Part shown: piece by piece, positions 48,908 through 58,455 of the stretch | Numbering within the stretch: the first letter of the stretch is position 1 | Layout: each line of letters starts with the position of its first letter | NCBI GenBank assembly: GCA_963701285.1 | Contig: OY969584.1 | Coordinates: 627,250-691,249, forward strand | Source: an uncultured Chloroflexia bacterium | GTDB lineage: Bacteria > Chloroflexota > Dehalococcoidia > SM23-28-2 | Length of the DNA: 64,000 nucleotides | Direction of reading: 5' to 3' | Made by a program: the position numbers and the translations under genes | The notes under the pieces: model-generated | What the model saw: only the letters and a program-made list of their open reading frames with translations | Database searches by the model: none | Told to the model about the DNA's origin: nothing

Positions 48908-49444
48908 GTGAAGCGCTATCTTGCCTGCCTGCTGGGCGCCGCGGTGCTGATGGTCCTCCTAGCGGCGGCCTGCGGCGGCGACGAAGGACAGCCCAGCCCG
49001 GCCGCCACCGCCAGCCCCACCTCTACCCCCACGGGCCCCCCCTTCGCCTTCGAAGGGCCGGTGGGCATCGACCTCAGCACCTACGGCATCTTCTTCCAGC
49101 AGGGCCAGCCGATATCCTTCACCATCACCATCGCCGCCGCCGAGCCTATCACCTTGTACTACCGCACCACCCAGCGCTACGACATCGTCGTCGCCGATTC
49201 GCAGGGCAACGAGGTGTGGCGTTGGTCCAAAGACAGGAGCTTCGGCCAGACGCTGGAGCAGGTCACCCTGACGGCGGGCGAAACTCTTACCTTCAACGAG
49301 AACTGGGACCAGCTCGGCAACGACGGTCAGCCCGTGCCTCCCGGCAACTACCAGTCAACGGCCACCAGCACTCACTGCGACGCCAACTACGAGAACTGCG
49401 GCCAGCTCAGCGTCTCCCGCACCCTCCAGATCCGCGCGCCGTAA
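48908..49444 (+). CDS. lipoprotein with BsuPI-like (intracellular proteinase inhibitor) domain
   Basis: Lipobox LAAAC. Contains QRYDIVVADSQGNEVWRWSKDRSFGQTLEQVTLTAGETLTFNENW, typical of the BsuPI fold (recognised by eye). Confidence 0.6.
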   Translation: MKRYLACLLGAAVLMVLLAAACGGDEGQPSPAATASPTSTPTGPPFAFEGPVGIDLSTYGIFFQQGQPISFTITIAAAEPITLYYRTTQRYDIVVADSQGNEVWRWSKDRSFGQTLEQVTLTAGETLTFNENWDQLGNDGQPVPPGNYQSTATSTHCDANYENCGQLSVSRTLQIRAP

Positions 49445-49598
49445 GGGGCGTTGCCGCTGCCCGTAGTGCGCCACAGGCCGGCCCCACCGCTCGTCCTGAG
49501 CGTGTCCGAAGGGCGAGCGGTTCGACGAGGCGTTGCCGCCGGCCGGGCCGGCGCCGATAATGTTCTAGGTAGTTTTTCTCCACTCGAGGCAGAATGAC

Positions 49599-50378
49599 AT
49601 GAGCAAGCTCGCTGACAAGATCCGCAAGGTCACCCGCGTGGAGCCGGCGCCCCTGGGCTTCGGCGTTTCCGCCGCCCGCCCGCGTGCCCCCTCGCTCCTC
49701 CTGCTGGTGCATGGGCCCGCTTCTGTCCGGCCGCCCGCCGACCTGGCCAGCCACGGCCTGGACGCCATCCTCCTTTCTCTCAACCCGGAGAAGGACACCG
49801 CCGAGGCCGCGCGCTGGGCCAAAGCTGCCGGGGACATCCCCTGCGGCCTGCACGTCCCCGCCGTCGCCAGGGACACGGTCGCCGACCTGAAGCAGGCGGG
49901 CATCGACTTCCTGGCCTTTGAGGCCGAGTCCGCCAGCGCGGACGCCCTCCTGGACACGGAGATGGGCTACGTCCTCACCCTGGCTGGCGAGCCGTCGGAT
50001 GCCATCCTGCGGGCCATGGCCGACTTCACCCTGGACGCCCTCTGGCTGGCCGACTGGCGCGGCCCCCTTACGCTGCGCTCGGCGCTCGAGCTGCGGCGTA
50101 TCTACCTTCTGGCCCGCATGCCCCTGCTTGTGCCCGTTCGGCCCGATATCGGCGCCGGCGACCTGGAGTGCCTGCGCGACGTCGGCGTGGCGGGGGTGAC
50201 GGTGGACGGCCACGACGCCGCTGCCTGGGGCCGGTTGGCCTCGCTGCGCCAGGCCATCGACGGTCTGCCGCCGCGGGCGCGCCGCCGTGAGGAGCGGCCG
50301 GACGCAGTGCTCCCCGCCAGCGCACTGGTCCCCTCATCGGCCGAGGAGGAAGAGGAGGAGGGGGAGGACTTCCCCTAG
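49599..50378 (+). CDS. hypothetical protein with acidic C-terminal tail
   Basis: 259-aa ORF with high GC3. Tail is [11 protein letters not shown]. No family recognised. Confidence 0.5.
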   Translation: MSKLADKIRKVTRVEPAPLGFGVSAARPRAPSLLLLVHGPASVRPPADLASHGLDAILLSLNPEKDTAEAARWAKAAGDIPCGLHVPAVARDTVADLKQAGIDFLAFEAESASADALLDTEMGYVLTLAGEPSDAILRAMADFTLDALWLADWRGPLTLRSALELRRIYLLARMPLLVPVRPDIGAGDLECLRDVGVAGVTVDGHDAAAWGRLASLRQAIDGLPPRARRREERPDAVLPASALVPSSAEEEEEEGEDFP

Positions 50379-50845
50379 GTCCTGCCCGCCTCCAGCTCTT
50401 GCACGATGCGCAAGGACTCCCGCGCGTGGATCTCCATGTCGGTCTCGCTCTCGATGACGCCGCGGATGATCCCCTGCTTGTCGATGACGTAGGTCGTGCG
50501 CCGGGCGGTGTAGCGCTCCGGGTGCCAGACGTCGTAAGCCTTAATCACCTCGTTCTGGGGCCAATCGCTGAGGATGGGGAAAGGAAGGTTCAGACTCTTG
50601 GCGAAGATGCCCGCTGACGGCCAGGGGTCAATGCTGATACCGAGGACCTCGGTATTGGCCTTCTGGAACTCCGCGTAGGCGTCCCGGAAGGCGCCGAGCT
50701 CCTTCTCTCAGCCGCCGGTAAAGGCCAGCAGGTAGAAGGCGATCACCACGTTCTTCTGGCCGCGATAGCTCTCCAGGCTCCATTTCTGGCGCTCGCCGTC
50801 CATCAGGGTGAACTCCGGCGCCTTATCGCCCACTTTCAGGGCCAT
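50375..50845 (-). CDS. AhpC/TSA (BCP-like) peroxiredoxin with in-frame TGA at the peroxidatic Cys position; candidate selenoprotein; absent from ORF track
   Basis: ATG at 50845 follows [50 protein letters not shown]-[TGA 50710..50708][61 protein letters not shown]...[12 protein letters not shown]...; TAG at 50377..50375. Confidence 0.7.
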
Positions 50846-50923
50846 ACTCGCCTCCTTCCTACGAATCGGGCCTCATCTTCCATTGTCCAGGACGGAGGGA
50901 GAGTTGGCAAGGCGCAGGCGAGC

Positions 50924-51319
50924 CTATTCCGGGGGGTGCTGGCCGGGCGGCCAGGCGAGGGGGATCCTTTTGCGGTCCTCCTCGGTCAGGGCCTCCAACC
51001 TTTGCAGGTTATCACGGGCATACTCCTCATTTGGATAGAGTTCCACTATGCGGCGGTAGGCAGAGATCCGCTCGTCCCAGTCAAGCGAAAGCACTGCCTT
51101 CAGGTGTAGGACCTCTTTGTCGTCAGGCGCGATACGCTCCGCACGCCGATAGCAGGCGTACGCCTCGACGTAGTCACCAAGCATGACCGCCATGTGGCCC
51201 AACATAGTGAGAGCACGGAGGTGGCCGGGATCCAGGCCCAGAATGCGACGAAGAGCCGCCATGGACACGCGGTCCTCGCTGAAGGCGTATTCCTCGGCGA
51301 GTGCCAGCAGCCGGTTCAC
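50924..51319 (-). CDS. tetratricopeptide-repeat protein
   Basis: 131 aa with a TPR-like pattern ([20 protein letters not shown]). The start codon (GTG 51319) is uncertain. Confidence 0.55.
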   Translation of the reverse strand: MNRLLALAEEYAFSEDRVSMAALRRILGLDPGHLRALTMLGHMAVMLGDYVEAYACYRRAERIAPDDKEVLHLKAVLSLDWDERISAYRRIVELYPNEEYARDNLQRLEALTEEDRKRIPLAWPPGQHPPE

Positions 51320-51463
51320 ATCGCTGGTGGCATCTAACGCCTCAAGGAAGGCGGCTCTTCCCGAAGCGAATGCCTCCGCCCTCCTTCCAAGTTCGTCCTT
51401 CGGGGTCTCCTGGCTGACGGTCAGACTCGCCTCCCCGTCCCGTGCGTGCTCAGCATGCCGCCC

Positions 51464-52519
51464 TCACACGTGGGACGCCACCAGGTCCCCCACCTCGGAC
51501 GTGCTCAGGCCCATGCGACCGGCGTTCACCGACTTGATCTTGCCGCTGGTCAGCGCCGCGATGATCGCCTGCTCTATCCGCTGGGCGGCCCGCTCCTCGC
51601 CCAGGTCGGCCACCAGCATCTGGGCGGCGGCAATGGCCGCCAGCGGGCAGATGACGTTCTGGCCGGTGTACTTCGGCGCGCTGCCGCCGATGGGCTCGAA
51701 CATGGAGACGCCCTGCGGGTTGATGTTGCCACCCGCGGCCACGCCCATCCCGCCCTGGATCATCGCCCCCAGGTCGGTGATGATGTCGCCGAACATGTTC
51801 TCCACCACGATGACGTCGAACCACTCCGGGTTCTTCACGAACCACATGCAGGCGGCGTCGACGTGGGCATACTCCCGCTTGATGTCCGGGTAGTCGGCGT
51901 CGCCCACCTCGTTGAAGGCCCGCCACCAGGTGTCGTGGACGTAGGTGAGCACGTTGGTCTTGGCCACCAAGTGAAGCTGCTTCGCCTTGTTCCGCTTGCG
52001 GGCCAGCTCGAAGGCGAAGCGGATCGCCCGCTCGGCGCCGAAGCGCGTCGTCAGATGGACCTGCGTCGATACCTCCTGCGGCGTGCCCTTGTACTGGAAG
52101 CCGCCCATGCCGCCGTACAGCCCCTCCGTGTTCTCCCGCACCACCACAAAGTCGATGTCCTTCGGGCCCTTGTCCTTGAGCGGACAGTCGACTCCGGGGT
52201 AGAGCTGCACCGGCCGCAGGTTGATGTACTGGTCCAGCTCGAAGCGGATGCGTAGCAGGACGCCCTTCTCCAGGATGCCCGGCGCTACGCCTGGGTGGCC
52301 GATGGCCCCCAGGAAGATGGCGTCGAAGCCGCGCAGCTCCGCCAGCACCGAATCGGGCACCGTCTCGCCCGTGCGCAGGTAGCGCTCGCCGCCCAGGTCG
52401 TAGGTCTGGGTCTCGTAGCGGAAGCCGTCCGCCGATGCGGCGGCCTCCAGCACCTTCAGGCCCTCGCGCACGACCTCGGGGCCGGTGCCGTCGCCGGGGA
52501 TGACCGCAATGCGATACAT
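51464..52519 (-). CDS. leuB: 3-isopropylmalate dehydrogenase
   Basis: Contains [17 protein letters not shown]...[12 protein letters not shown]...[10 protein letters not shown]. Confidence 0.92.
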   Translation of the reverse strand: MYRIAVIPGDGTGPEVVREGLKVLEAAASADGFRYETQTYDLGGERYLRTGETVPDSVLAELRGFDAIFLGAIGHPGVAPGILEKGVLLRIRFELDQYINLRPVQLYPGVDCPLKDKGPKDIDFVVVRENTEGLYGGMGGFQYKGTPQEVSTQVHLTTRFGAERAIRFAFELARKRNKAKQLHLVAKTNVLTYVHDTWWRAFNEVGDADYPDIKREYAHVDAACMWFVKNPEWFDVIVVENMFGDIITDLGAMIQGGMGVAAGGNINPQGVSMFEPIGGSAPKYTGQNVICPLAAIAAAQMLVADLGEERAAQRIEQAIIAALTSGKIKSVNAGRMGLSTSEVGDLVASHV

Positions 52520-52642
52520 GGGCAGCGTTCTTCCTTCTGGCCTAGTGGGCAGGCCGAATGCAGAGGAGGCCTTCGGGCCTCCAGGCTATTTGGTGGCTAT
52601 CGGTGGCGACCTGAAGGTCGCCGCTACATTTGTCTGGCGGCG

Positions 52643-53137
52643 CTACGGCCTCTCGGCCCGCTGGCCGCCCCGCAGGGCGCGCGCCTGCTGCTCGGCCAGC
52701 TCGCCGAAGACGGCCCGGAAGGTGATAAGCCCGCCGCAGGCGAAGGCCAGCATGATGGGGTAGGTGCGCCAGTGCTTGAGGTTCTCCGGCCCCAGGCTGT
52801 GGAGGAGCGTGGCCGCCGCGGCGATGAGGCCGGGGATGAACCAGAGGGCGGCGAAGAAGCCGGCCGCCAGCCGCAGGAGCCGGTGCTTCACCCCGAAAAC
52901 GAAGTCGCCGGTGAAGAACCAGGCCAGGCCGGCGAAACCCGCCAGACCCAGGACTCGCTCGTAGACTGTCGCCTCGCTCGTCTTCCAGAGGGTGAGGAAG
53001 CCCTGGAAGCCCGTCAGCAGCGTGGCGCGAGTCCGGCCCTCCCCCTCGTTCTCCTCATCCGCCCAGTCGTAGAGCTCGTCCTCCATCTTGCGCCCGATCC
53101 GCCTGAGGCGCATGAATGCCCGTCGAAGCGCGCTCAC
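52643..53137 (-). CDS. hypothetical membrane protein
   Basis: 164 aa with 3-4 predicted TM helices. Inserted between leuD and leuB. Confidence 0.5.
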   Translation of the reverse strand: MSALRRAFMRLRRIGRKMEDELYDWADEENEGEGRTRATLLTGFQGFLTLWKTSEATVYERVLGLAGFAGLAWFFTGDFVFGVKHRLLRLAAGFFAALWFIPGLIAAAATLLHSLGPENLKHWRTYPIMLAFACGGLITFRAVFGELAEQQARALRGGQRAERP

Positions 53138-53158
53138 CTTCTTCTCACCCCCGCTACT

Positions 53159-53668
53159 TTACTGCGACCGCTTCCCGGCCGCCAGCCGCCGTCGAGTGTA
53201 CTCCACCAGGCCGCCGGCGGCCAGCAGTTCCAGCATGAACTCGGGGTAGGGCTTGGCCTGGAACTGCGTCTCCTTAGTGAGATTGCGGATAGTGCCCGCC
53301 TCCAGTTCCACCGACAGCTCATCGCCGGGGTCGCTGCCGTCCACTGCCTCCGGGCACTCCAGGATGGGGAGGCCCAGGTTGATGGCGTTGCGATAGAAGA
53401 TGCGGGCGAAGCTCTTGGCCACCAAGCAGCTCACGCCGGTGCCGCGAATGGCCAGCGGTGCATGCTCGCGCGAGGAGCCGCAGCCGAAGTTGGTCTCGGC
53501 GACGATGATGTCGCCCGGCTGCACCCGCCCGGCGAACCCGGGGTCGACGCCCTCCAGACAGTGAGGGGCCAGCTCCTCGGGCGTGTTCAGGTTCAGGTAG
53601 CGGGCCGGAATGATCACGTCGGTATCGACGTTGGCGCCGTACTTGTGGACTCGCCCGCGAAGATTCAC
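53159..53668 (-). CDS. leuD: 3-isopropylmalate dehydratase small subunit
   Basis: Contains GANVDTDVIIPARYL...GDIIVAETNFGCGSSREHAP. Confidence 0.92.
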   Translation of the reverse strand: MNLRGRVHKYGANVDTDVIIPARYLNLNTPEELAPHCLEGVDPGFAGRVQPGDIIVAETNFGCGSSREHAPLAIRGTGVSCLVAKSFARIFYRNAINLGLPILECPEAVDGSDPGDELSVELEAGTIRNLTKETQFQAKPYPEFMLELLAAGGLVEYTRRRLAAGKRSQ

Positions 53669-53681
53669 TTCACCATGCTCC

Positions 53682-54070
53682 TCACCACGAACGCTTCGCC
53701 GCCTGTGCGGCTGCCTCGATCCGCTGGATCCACATCTCTGGATCGCGAATGCGAAAGTCGTAGTCCTTCCCGTCGCTTGTCACCGCCAAGTTCGCTCGCC
53801 AAGGGTTCGATAGGAACCTCGCCGGCCAGAGGACAAAACGGAAGGGCATTGCAGGCCGCGAAGAACGCCGGGCGTCAGAGATCGACTGCAAAGGGAAGGC
53901 GCCGTCCCGGTACATTGTCCCGAACACCCCTCGCCTCGCCCCCAGGGCGACGACTCGAAGACTAGGCGCTTGTCTGTGAGGAGGAGCGCTCCGATATTCC
54001 CGCCCCACCAGGCCAACCTGTAGGCAGCCCCTGCCAGGAGAAGCTTCTCGTCCTCTTCAAGAGTACCCAT
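53682..54070 (-). pseudogene. small PH/GRAM-like domain protein split by a frameshift near 53950
   Basis: Frame 1: MGTLEEDEKLLLAGAAYRLAWWGGNIGALLLTDKRLVFES. It continues sensibly only in another frame (VVALGARRGVFGTMYRDGAFPLQSISDARR...LAVTSDGKDYDFRIRDPEMWIQRIEAAA). Family assignment is tentative. Confidence 0.45.
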
Positions 54071-54082
54071 CGACCGGCGCTC

Positions 54083-55357
54083 CTACTTCCCCCCGCCCCC
54101 CAGCACCTCCTCTGGGCCCGCTAGCCGACCGGCGACGGCGCTAGCGGCGGCCACCGCCGGGTTCACCAGATAGACCTCCGCCTTGGGATGGCCCATGCGC
54201 CCCGGGAAGTTGCGGTTGCTGGTGCTCACGCAGCGCTCTCCCTCCGCCAGCACGCCCATGTAGCCGCCCAGGCACGGCCCGCAGGTGGAGGTCGACACCG
54301 CGCAGCCTGCCTCGGCGAAGACGGTGAGCAGTCCCTCCTTCAGAGCCGCCAGGTAGACGTCGTTGGAGGCCGGGATCACCATGCAGCGCACCCGCGGGTG
54401 CACCTGGCGCCCCGCCATGATCTGGGCGGCCAGCCGCAGGTCGGACAGGCGCCCGTTGGTGCAAGAGCCGATGAACACCTGGTCGATCTCCACTCGCTGC
54501 GCGCGGCTCAGGGGCACCACGTTGTCGGGAGAGAAGGGCAGAGCCACCATCGGCTCCAGCTCGCCCACGTCGTACTCGCGCACCTCCACGTACTCGGCGT
54601 CGGGGTCCGGCTCGTAGACCTGCCACTCCCGCTTGGCGCGGGCGCGGACGTAGCCCAGGGTCACGGCGTCGGACAGCATGAGACCCGCCTTGCCGCCGGC
54701 CTCGATGGTCATGTTGGCGATGGTGAAGCGCTCCTCCATACTGAGCTGCGCGATCGCCTCCCCCTGGAACTCGATGGCCCGGTAGAGGGCGCCGTCGGTG
54801 CCGATATCGCCGATGGTGCTCAGGATGATGTCTTTGGCCCCCACCCAGGGCTTCCGTTGCCCGCGATAGGTCATCTTCATCGTTGGCGGCACTCGCATCC
54901 AGATGTCGCCGGTAGCCATGGCGCAGGCGATGTCGGTGGAGCCCATGCCGGTGGCGAAGCAGCCCAGCGCCCCGTAGGTGCAGGTGTGCGAGTCGGCGCC
55001 CACCACCACGTCGCCGGGCAGCACCCAGCCGTCGTCCGGCAGGAGCACGTGCTCGATCCCGGCCCGCCCCTGCTCGTAGTAGACGATGCCCTGCTCCAGG
55101 GCGAACTCGCGCATCGCCTTGGCGTTCTCGGCGCTCTTGATGTCCTTGTTCGGTGCGAAGTGCGATGGCACCATCGCCACCCGCCGCGCGTCGAAGGGTC
55201 TGTCCACCCCCAGGCGCCGGAACTGGCCGATGGCGAGCGGCGCCGTCACGTCGTTGGCCAGCACAAAGTCCACCCGACAGTTGATCAGCTCGCCGGGCCG
55301 TACCTCCTTGCGGTCGCAGTGGGCGGCCAGTATCTTCTCGGCCAGGGTCATGCCCAT
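54083..55357 (-). CDS. leuC: 3-isopropylmalate dehydratase large subunit (about 420-aa archaeal/HacA-like type)
   Basis: Contains MTLAEKILAAHC...GADSHTCTYGALG...IGSCTNGRLSDL...CGPCLGG. Confidence 0.92.
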   Translation of the reverse strand: MGMTLAEKILAAHCDRKEVRPGELINCRVDFVLANDVTAPLAIGQFRRLGVDRPFDARRVAMVPSHFAPNKDIKSAENAKAMREFALEQGIVYYEQGRAGIEHVLLPDDGWVLPGDVVVGADSHTCTYGALGCFATGMGSTDIACAMATGDIWMRVPPTMKMTYRGQRKPWVGAKDIILSTIGDIGTDGALYRAIEFQGEAIAQLSMEERFTIANMTIEAGGKAGLMLSDAVTLGYVRARAKREWQVYEPDPDAEYVEVREYDVGELEPMVALPFSPDNVVPLSRAQRVEIDQVFIGSCTNGRLSDLRLAAQIMAGRQVHPRVRCMVIPASNDVYLAALKEGLLTVFAEAGCAVSTSTCGPCLGGYMGVLAEGERCVSTSNRNFPGRMGHPKAEVYLVNPAVAAASAVAGRLAGPEEVLGGGGK

Positions 55358-55369
55358 GAGAAAGCCTTT

Positions 55370-56152
55370 CTAGGGGGCACCTTCCGTCGACCGGCGGCCG
55401 GAGTCACGCTGCTCCATGCGCTCCAGCGCCTCTTGCGTGAAATCCGCCACGTCCCACGACAGCAGGGAGATCTGGGCCGCGAGGGCCACGGTTGTGCCGC
55501 CAAACCGCTTGGCCAACTCGTCCACCACCGCGTTGTGGACATCGTCCGGAATGCCCCAGGTCATCGTCCATAGCTTCTGTCTCAGCGCTCTCAGGGCCGC
55601 ATCCGCTTTCTCCACTTCCTCATACCTGACGACCGTCTCGAACCGGCGGGGCCGGATCACGTCGGCGATCTCCAACTCGGCGTCTTGCCGCCTCCTCACG
55701 CTCGCGAGGCCGTGGCGTTCGATCGCTCGGCGATAGGCAGTGGATATCCCCTCGACCGGCGGCTCGTGCCTCGTCACGATGCACACCAGCTTCTTCCTCG
55801 CCGTGGCGCCGGTCTCCGACAGGACGGCCCGCAGGCTCTTGATCAGATGCAGCACGTGCACGGCCAGGACGGCGTCGAAGCTCTGCGGCCGGAAGGGCAG
55901 CTGGCACGCGTCCCCCACGACCAGGCGATCCATCCCCTTGGCGCGGCTGAGGTCCAGCATCTTCCGCGACAGGTCGATGCCCACCACCGGAATGCCGCGC
56001 TCCAGCAGCGGGAGGGCGAGGCGCCCCGTGCCTACGCCCAACTCCAGAACCGAGGAGCAGTCCGACAGCTCCTTCGCCAGCGCCTCCACCACCTCGGGTC
56101 GGGCCGGTGGCCGGCTGGTGTCGTAGGTGTCCGCCACCCGGTCGAAGCACAC
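55370..56152 (-). CDS. class I SAM-dependent methyltransferase
   Basis: GTG at 56152 lies 7 nt after AAGGAG. Contains VLELGVGTGRLALPLLERGIPVVGIDLS. The track ORF to 56236 is a 5' extension. Confidence 0.7.
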   Translation of the reverse strand: MCFDRVADTYDTSRPPARPEVVEALAKELSDCSSVLELGVGTGRLALPLLERGIPVVGIDLSRKMLDLSRAKGMDRLVVGDACQLPFRPQSFDAVLAVHVLHLIKSLRAVLSETGATARKKLVCIVTRHEPPVEGISTAYRRAIERHGLASVRRRQDAELEIADVIRPRRFETVVRYEEVEKADAALRALRQKLWTMTWGIPDDVHNAVVDELAKRFGGTTVALAAQISLLSWDVADFTQEALERMEQRDSGRRSTEGAP

Positions 56153-56156
56153 CGCC

Positions 56157-56684
56157 TCACTCCTTGGTGACGGCCCGCGCCTGGTCGCGCAGGCGGTCCA
56201 CCATCGCCTGTACCTCCCGCGGGCGGGGGATGCCACGCAGGGCGAACTTGGGTACTGCCCCCGCTGTCTCGCACTCGACGTCGCCGAAGTCGAACAGCGT
56301 GTTCAGGAGGCCGGAGCGCAGAACGGTCATGTCCTGAACGTCCACCAGGTCGGCGGTGGACATCTGAAGGTGGAACCAGTTCGTCTTCACGCTGTCGATG
56401 ATACGCTGGTTCGTCACCACCCAGATGTCGTTGTCGTAGCGGTACTTGAAGAAGTAGAGCCGCACCGCCCAGTAGGCCAGCCAGGCCAGGGTGACCCCCA
56501 GGGCGATCCAGCGGGGGATGTCCTCGTCCGCCCAGTCGAGGCGCAGCATACCCCACCAGAGAACGATGGCAGGTGCCAGGGCCACCACCGCCCCGGCGAC
56601 AACCTTGGGCCAGACGAAGAGCCAGTGGCGCCGCGCCAGCGTCAACATCTCCTCGCCCTCTTGCAGGGGGAAAGGCAGCTTCAT
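56157..56684 (-). CDS. bacterial PH-domain (bPH_2/YdbS-YdbT-like, DUF304) membrane protein
   Basis: LQEGEEMLTLARRHWLFVWPKVV, two TM helices, then VVTNQRIIDSV... Confidence 0.65.
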   Translation of the reverse strand: MKLPFPLQEGEEMLTLARRHWLFVWPKVVAGAVVALAPAIVLWWGMLRLDWADEDIPRWIALGVTLAWLAYWAVRLYFFKYRYDNDIWVVTNQRIIDSVKTNWFHLQMSTADLVDVQDMTVLRSGLLNTLFDFGDVECETAGAVPKFALRGIPRPREVQAMVDRLRDQARAVTKE

Positions 56685-56693
56685 AGGACTCCC

Positions 56694-58244
56694 TTAGCCC
56701 CTCGCTTGCTCCGACTGCGGCCGGCCCTGGGAGGAGAGGAGGTGGTTCAAGGCGTTGAGCAAGGCCTTGGCCGAAGCCACGACGATGTCCATGTCGCCGC
56801 CGCGCCCCACGAAGGTCTGCCCACCGCTCTCGATGCGCACCGTCACCTCGCCGATGGCGTCAATGCCCTCAGTCACGCTCTTCACCGAGAACTCGGTGAG
56901 AACGTTGGGCACGTTCAGCAGGGCACTGACGGCCTTGTACGTGGCGTCCACCGGCCCCGTGCCGGTCGCGGTGTTCACCAGGAAGCTACCGTCGGGCCCG
57001 ATGAGCCGTACGGTGGCCGTGGGTACCAGTTGGTTGCCGCACGACACCTGGAGGAGGTCCAGACGGTAGATCTCCTCGAAGGTGCGGCGCTCGTCGGCCA
57101 CCAGCGCCTCCAGGTCGCGGTCGTCGATCTCGCCCTTCTTGTCGGCCAGCTCCTTGAACCCCACGAAGATGCGGTCCAGCTCGGCCGAGGTCACTTCGTA
57201 GCCCAGCTCGTCCAGCCGCGCCTTGACGCCGTGCCGGCCGGAGTTCTTGTTGAGCACCAGGATGCCGCCGCGGGGAAGACCCACGTCGCGGGCGTCCATG
57301 ATCTCGTACGTCTCCAGCAGCTTGAGGATGCCGTGCTGGTGAACGCCCGATTGGTGGCGGAAGGCGTTGGCGCCCACGATGGCCTTGTTGGGCTGCACCA
57401 CCATCCCCGTCAGGTCGGACACCAGGCGGCTCACCTTGTGGAGCTGGGTCGTGTCCACGTCGGCCCGCAGGCCGAAGAGGTCGTGCCGGGTCCTGAGGCC
57501 CATCACCACCTCTTCCAGCGACGCGTTTCCCGCCCGCTCGCCGATGCCGTTGATGGTGCACTCCACCTGGCGAGCGCCGGCGTGGACGGCCGCCAGGCTG
57601 TTGGCTACCGCCAGGCCCAGGTCGTTGTGGCAGTGGACGGAGATGACCGCCTTGTGGATATTGGGCACGTTCTCCTGGATACTGCGAATGAACGCCTCGA
57701 ACTCGTGGGGGATGGCGTAGCCCACGGTATCCGGGATGTTCACGGTGGTGGCGCCGGCGGCGATGCATTCCTCCAGCAGCGTGTAGACATACTGGCGGTC
57801 GGAGCGGGTGGCGTCCATGGGCGAGAACTCGACGTTGGAGCAGTACTTCTTGGCCCGCGCCACCGCCGTGCGGGCCATCTCCCGCACCTCGTCGCGGTCC
57901 TTCTCCAGCTGGTGCGCAATGTGGATATCGGAGCTGGACAGGAAGACGTGGATGCGGGGCTCGGCGGCGTCCTTCACCGCCTCCCAGCAGGCGTCCACGT
58001 CGCCGGGCACGGCCCGCGCCAGGCCGGCGATAACCGCCCCGCGCACCTCGCGGGCGATGTTGCTCACCGCCTCCAGGTCCCCTGGCGACGACGCCGGAAA
58101 CCCCGCCTCGATGATGTCGACGCGCAGGCGCTCCAGGGCGCGGGCGATCTCCAGCTTGTCGTGGGCGTTCAGGGCCACCCCCGGCGACTGCTCGCCGTCG
58201 CGCAGGGTGGTATCGAAGATCAGTACCTTGTCTTCGGATGACAT
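56694..58244 (-). CDS. leuA: 2-isopropylmalate synthase
   Basis: Contains IFDTTLRDGEQSPG...HCHNDLGLAVANSLAAV, and a C-terminal LeuA dimerisation/regulatory domain. Confidence 0.95.
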   Translation of the reverse strand: MSSEDKVLIFDTTLRDGEQSPGVALNAHDKLEIARALERLRVDIIEAGFPASSPGDLEAVSNIAREVRGAVIAGLARAVPGDVDACWEAVKDAAEPRIHVFLSSSDIHIAHQLEKDRDEVREMARTAVARAKKYCSNVEFSPMDATRSDRQYVYTLLEECIAAGATTVNIPDTVGYAIPHEFEAFIRSIQENVPNIHKAVISVHCHNDLGLAVANSLAAVHAGARQVECTINGIGERAGNASLEEVVMGLRTRHDLFGLRADVDTTQLHKVSRLVSDLTGMVVQPNKAIVGANAFRHQSGVHQHGILKLLETYEIMDARDVGLPRGGILVLNKNSGRHGVKARLDELGYEVTSAELDRIFVGFKELADKKGEIDDRDLEALVADERRTFEEIYRLDLLQVSCGNQLVPTATVRLIGPDGSFLVNTATGTGPVDATYKAVSALLNVPNVLTEFSVKSVTEGIDAIGEVTVRIESGGQTFVGRGGDMDIVVASAKALLNALNHLLSSQGRPQSEQARG

Positions 58245-58455
58245 TTGTTGTCGTTCCTCCTCATCCTGTATCGGGCATGCCTGCCTGGGCCCCCTCCCCG
58301 CGTCAGGCGGGGGAGGGCCGCTTAAGGATGAGGACGCGAACGACTATCATCGTCTCCACCGCTCCCAATTCACCTTGATTTAGACGCGTGCGCGTGCCGA
58401 TAGCTACACGCTCGGCGGCTGGACCTTCCGCAGCAGGCCCATTGGCTTGATTGGT

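Noticed and set aside
50708-50710. The TGA in the peroxiredoxin as a simple pseudogene-type nonsense mutation or sequencing error.
   Set aside because: Not fully excluded, but deprioritised. The frame is preserved and both halves are undegraded. The stop is specifically TGA and sits at the catalytic Cys column. The errors seen elsewhere in this window are indels, not substitutions.
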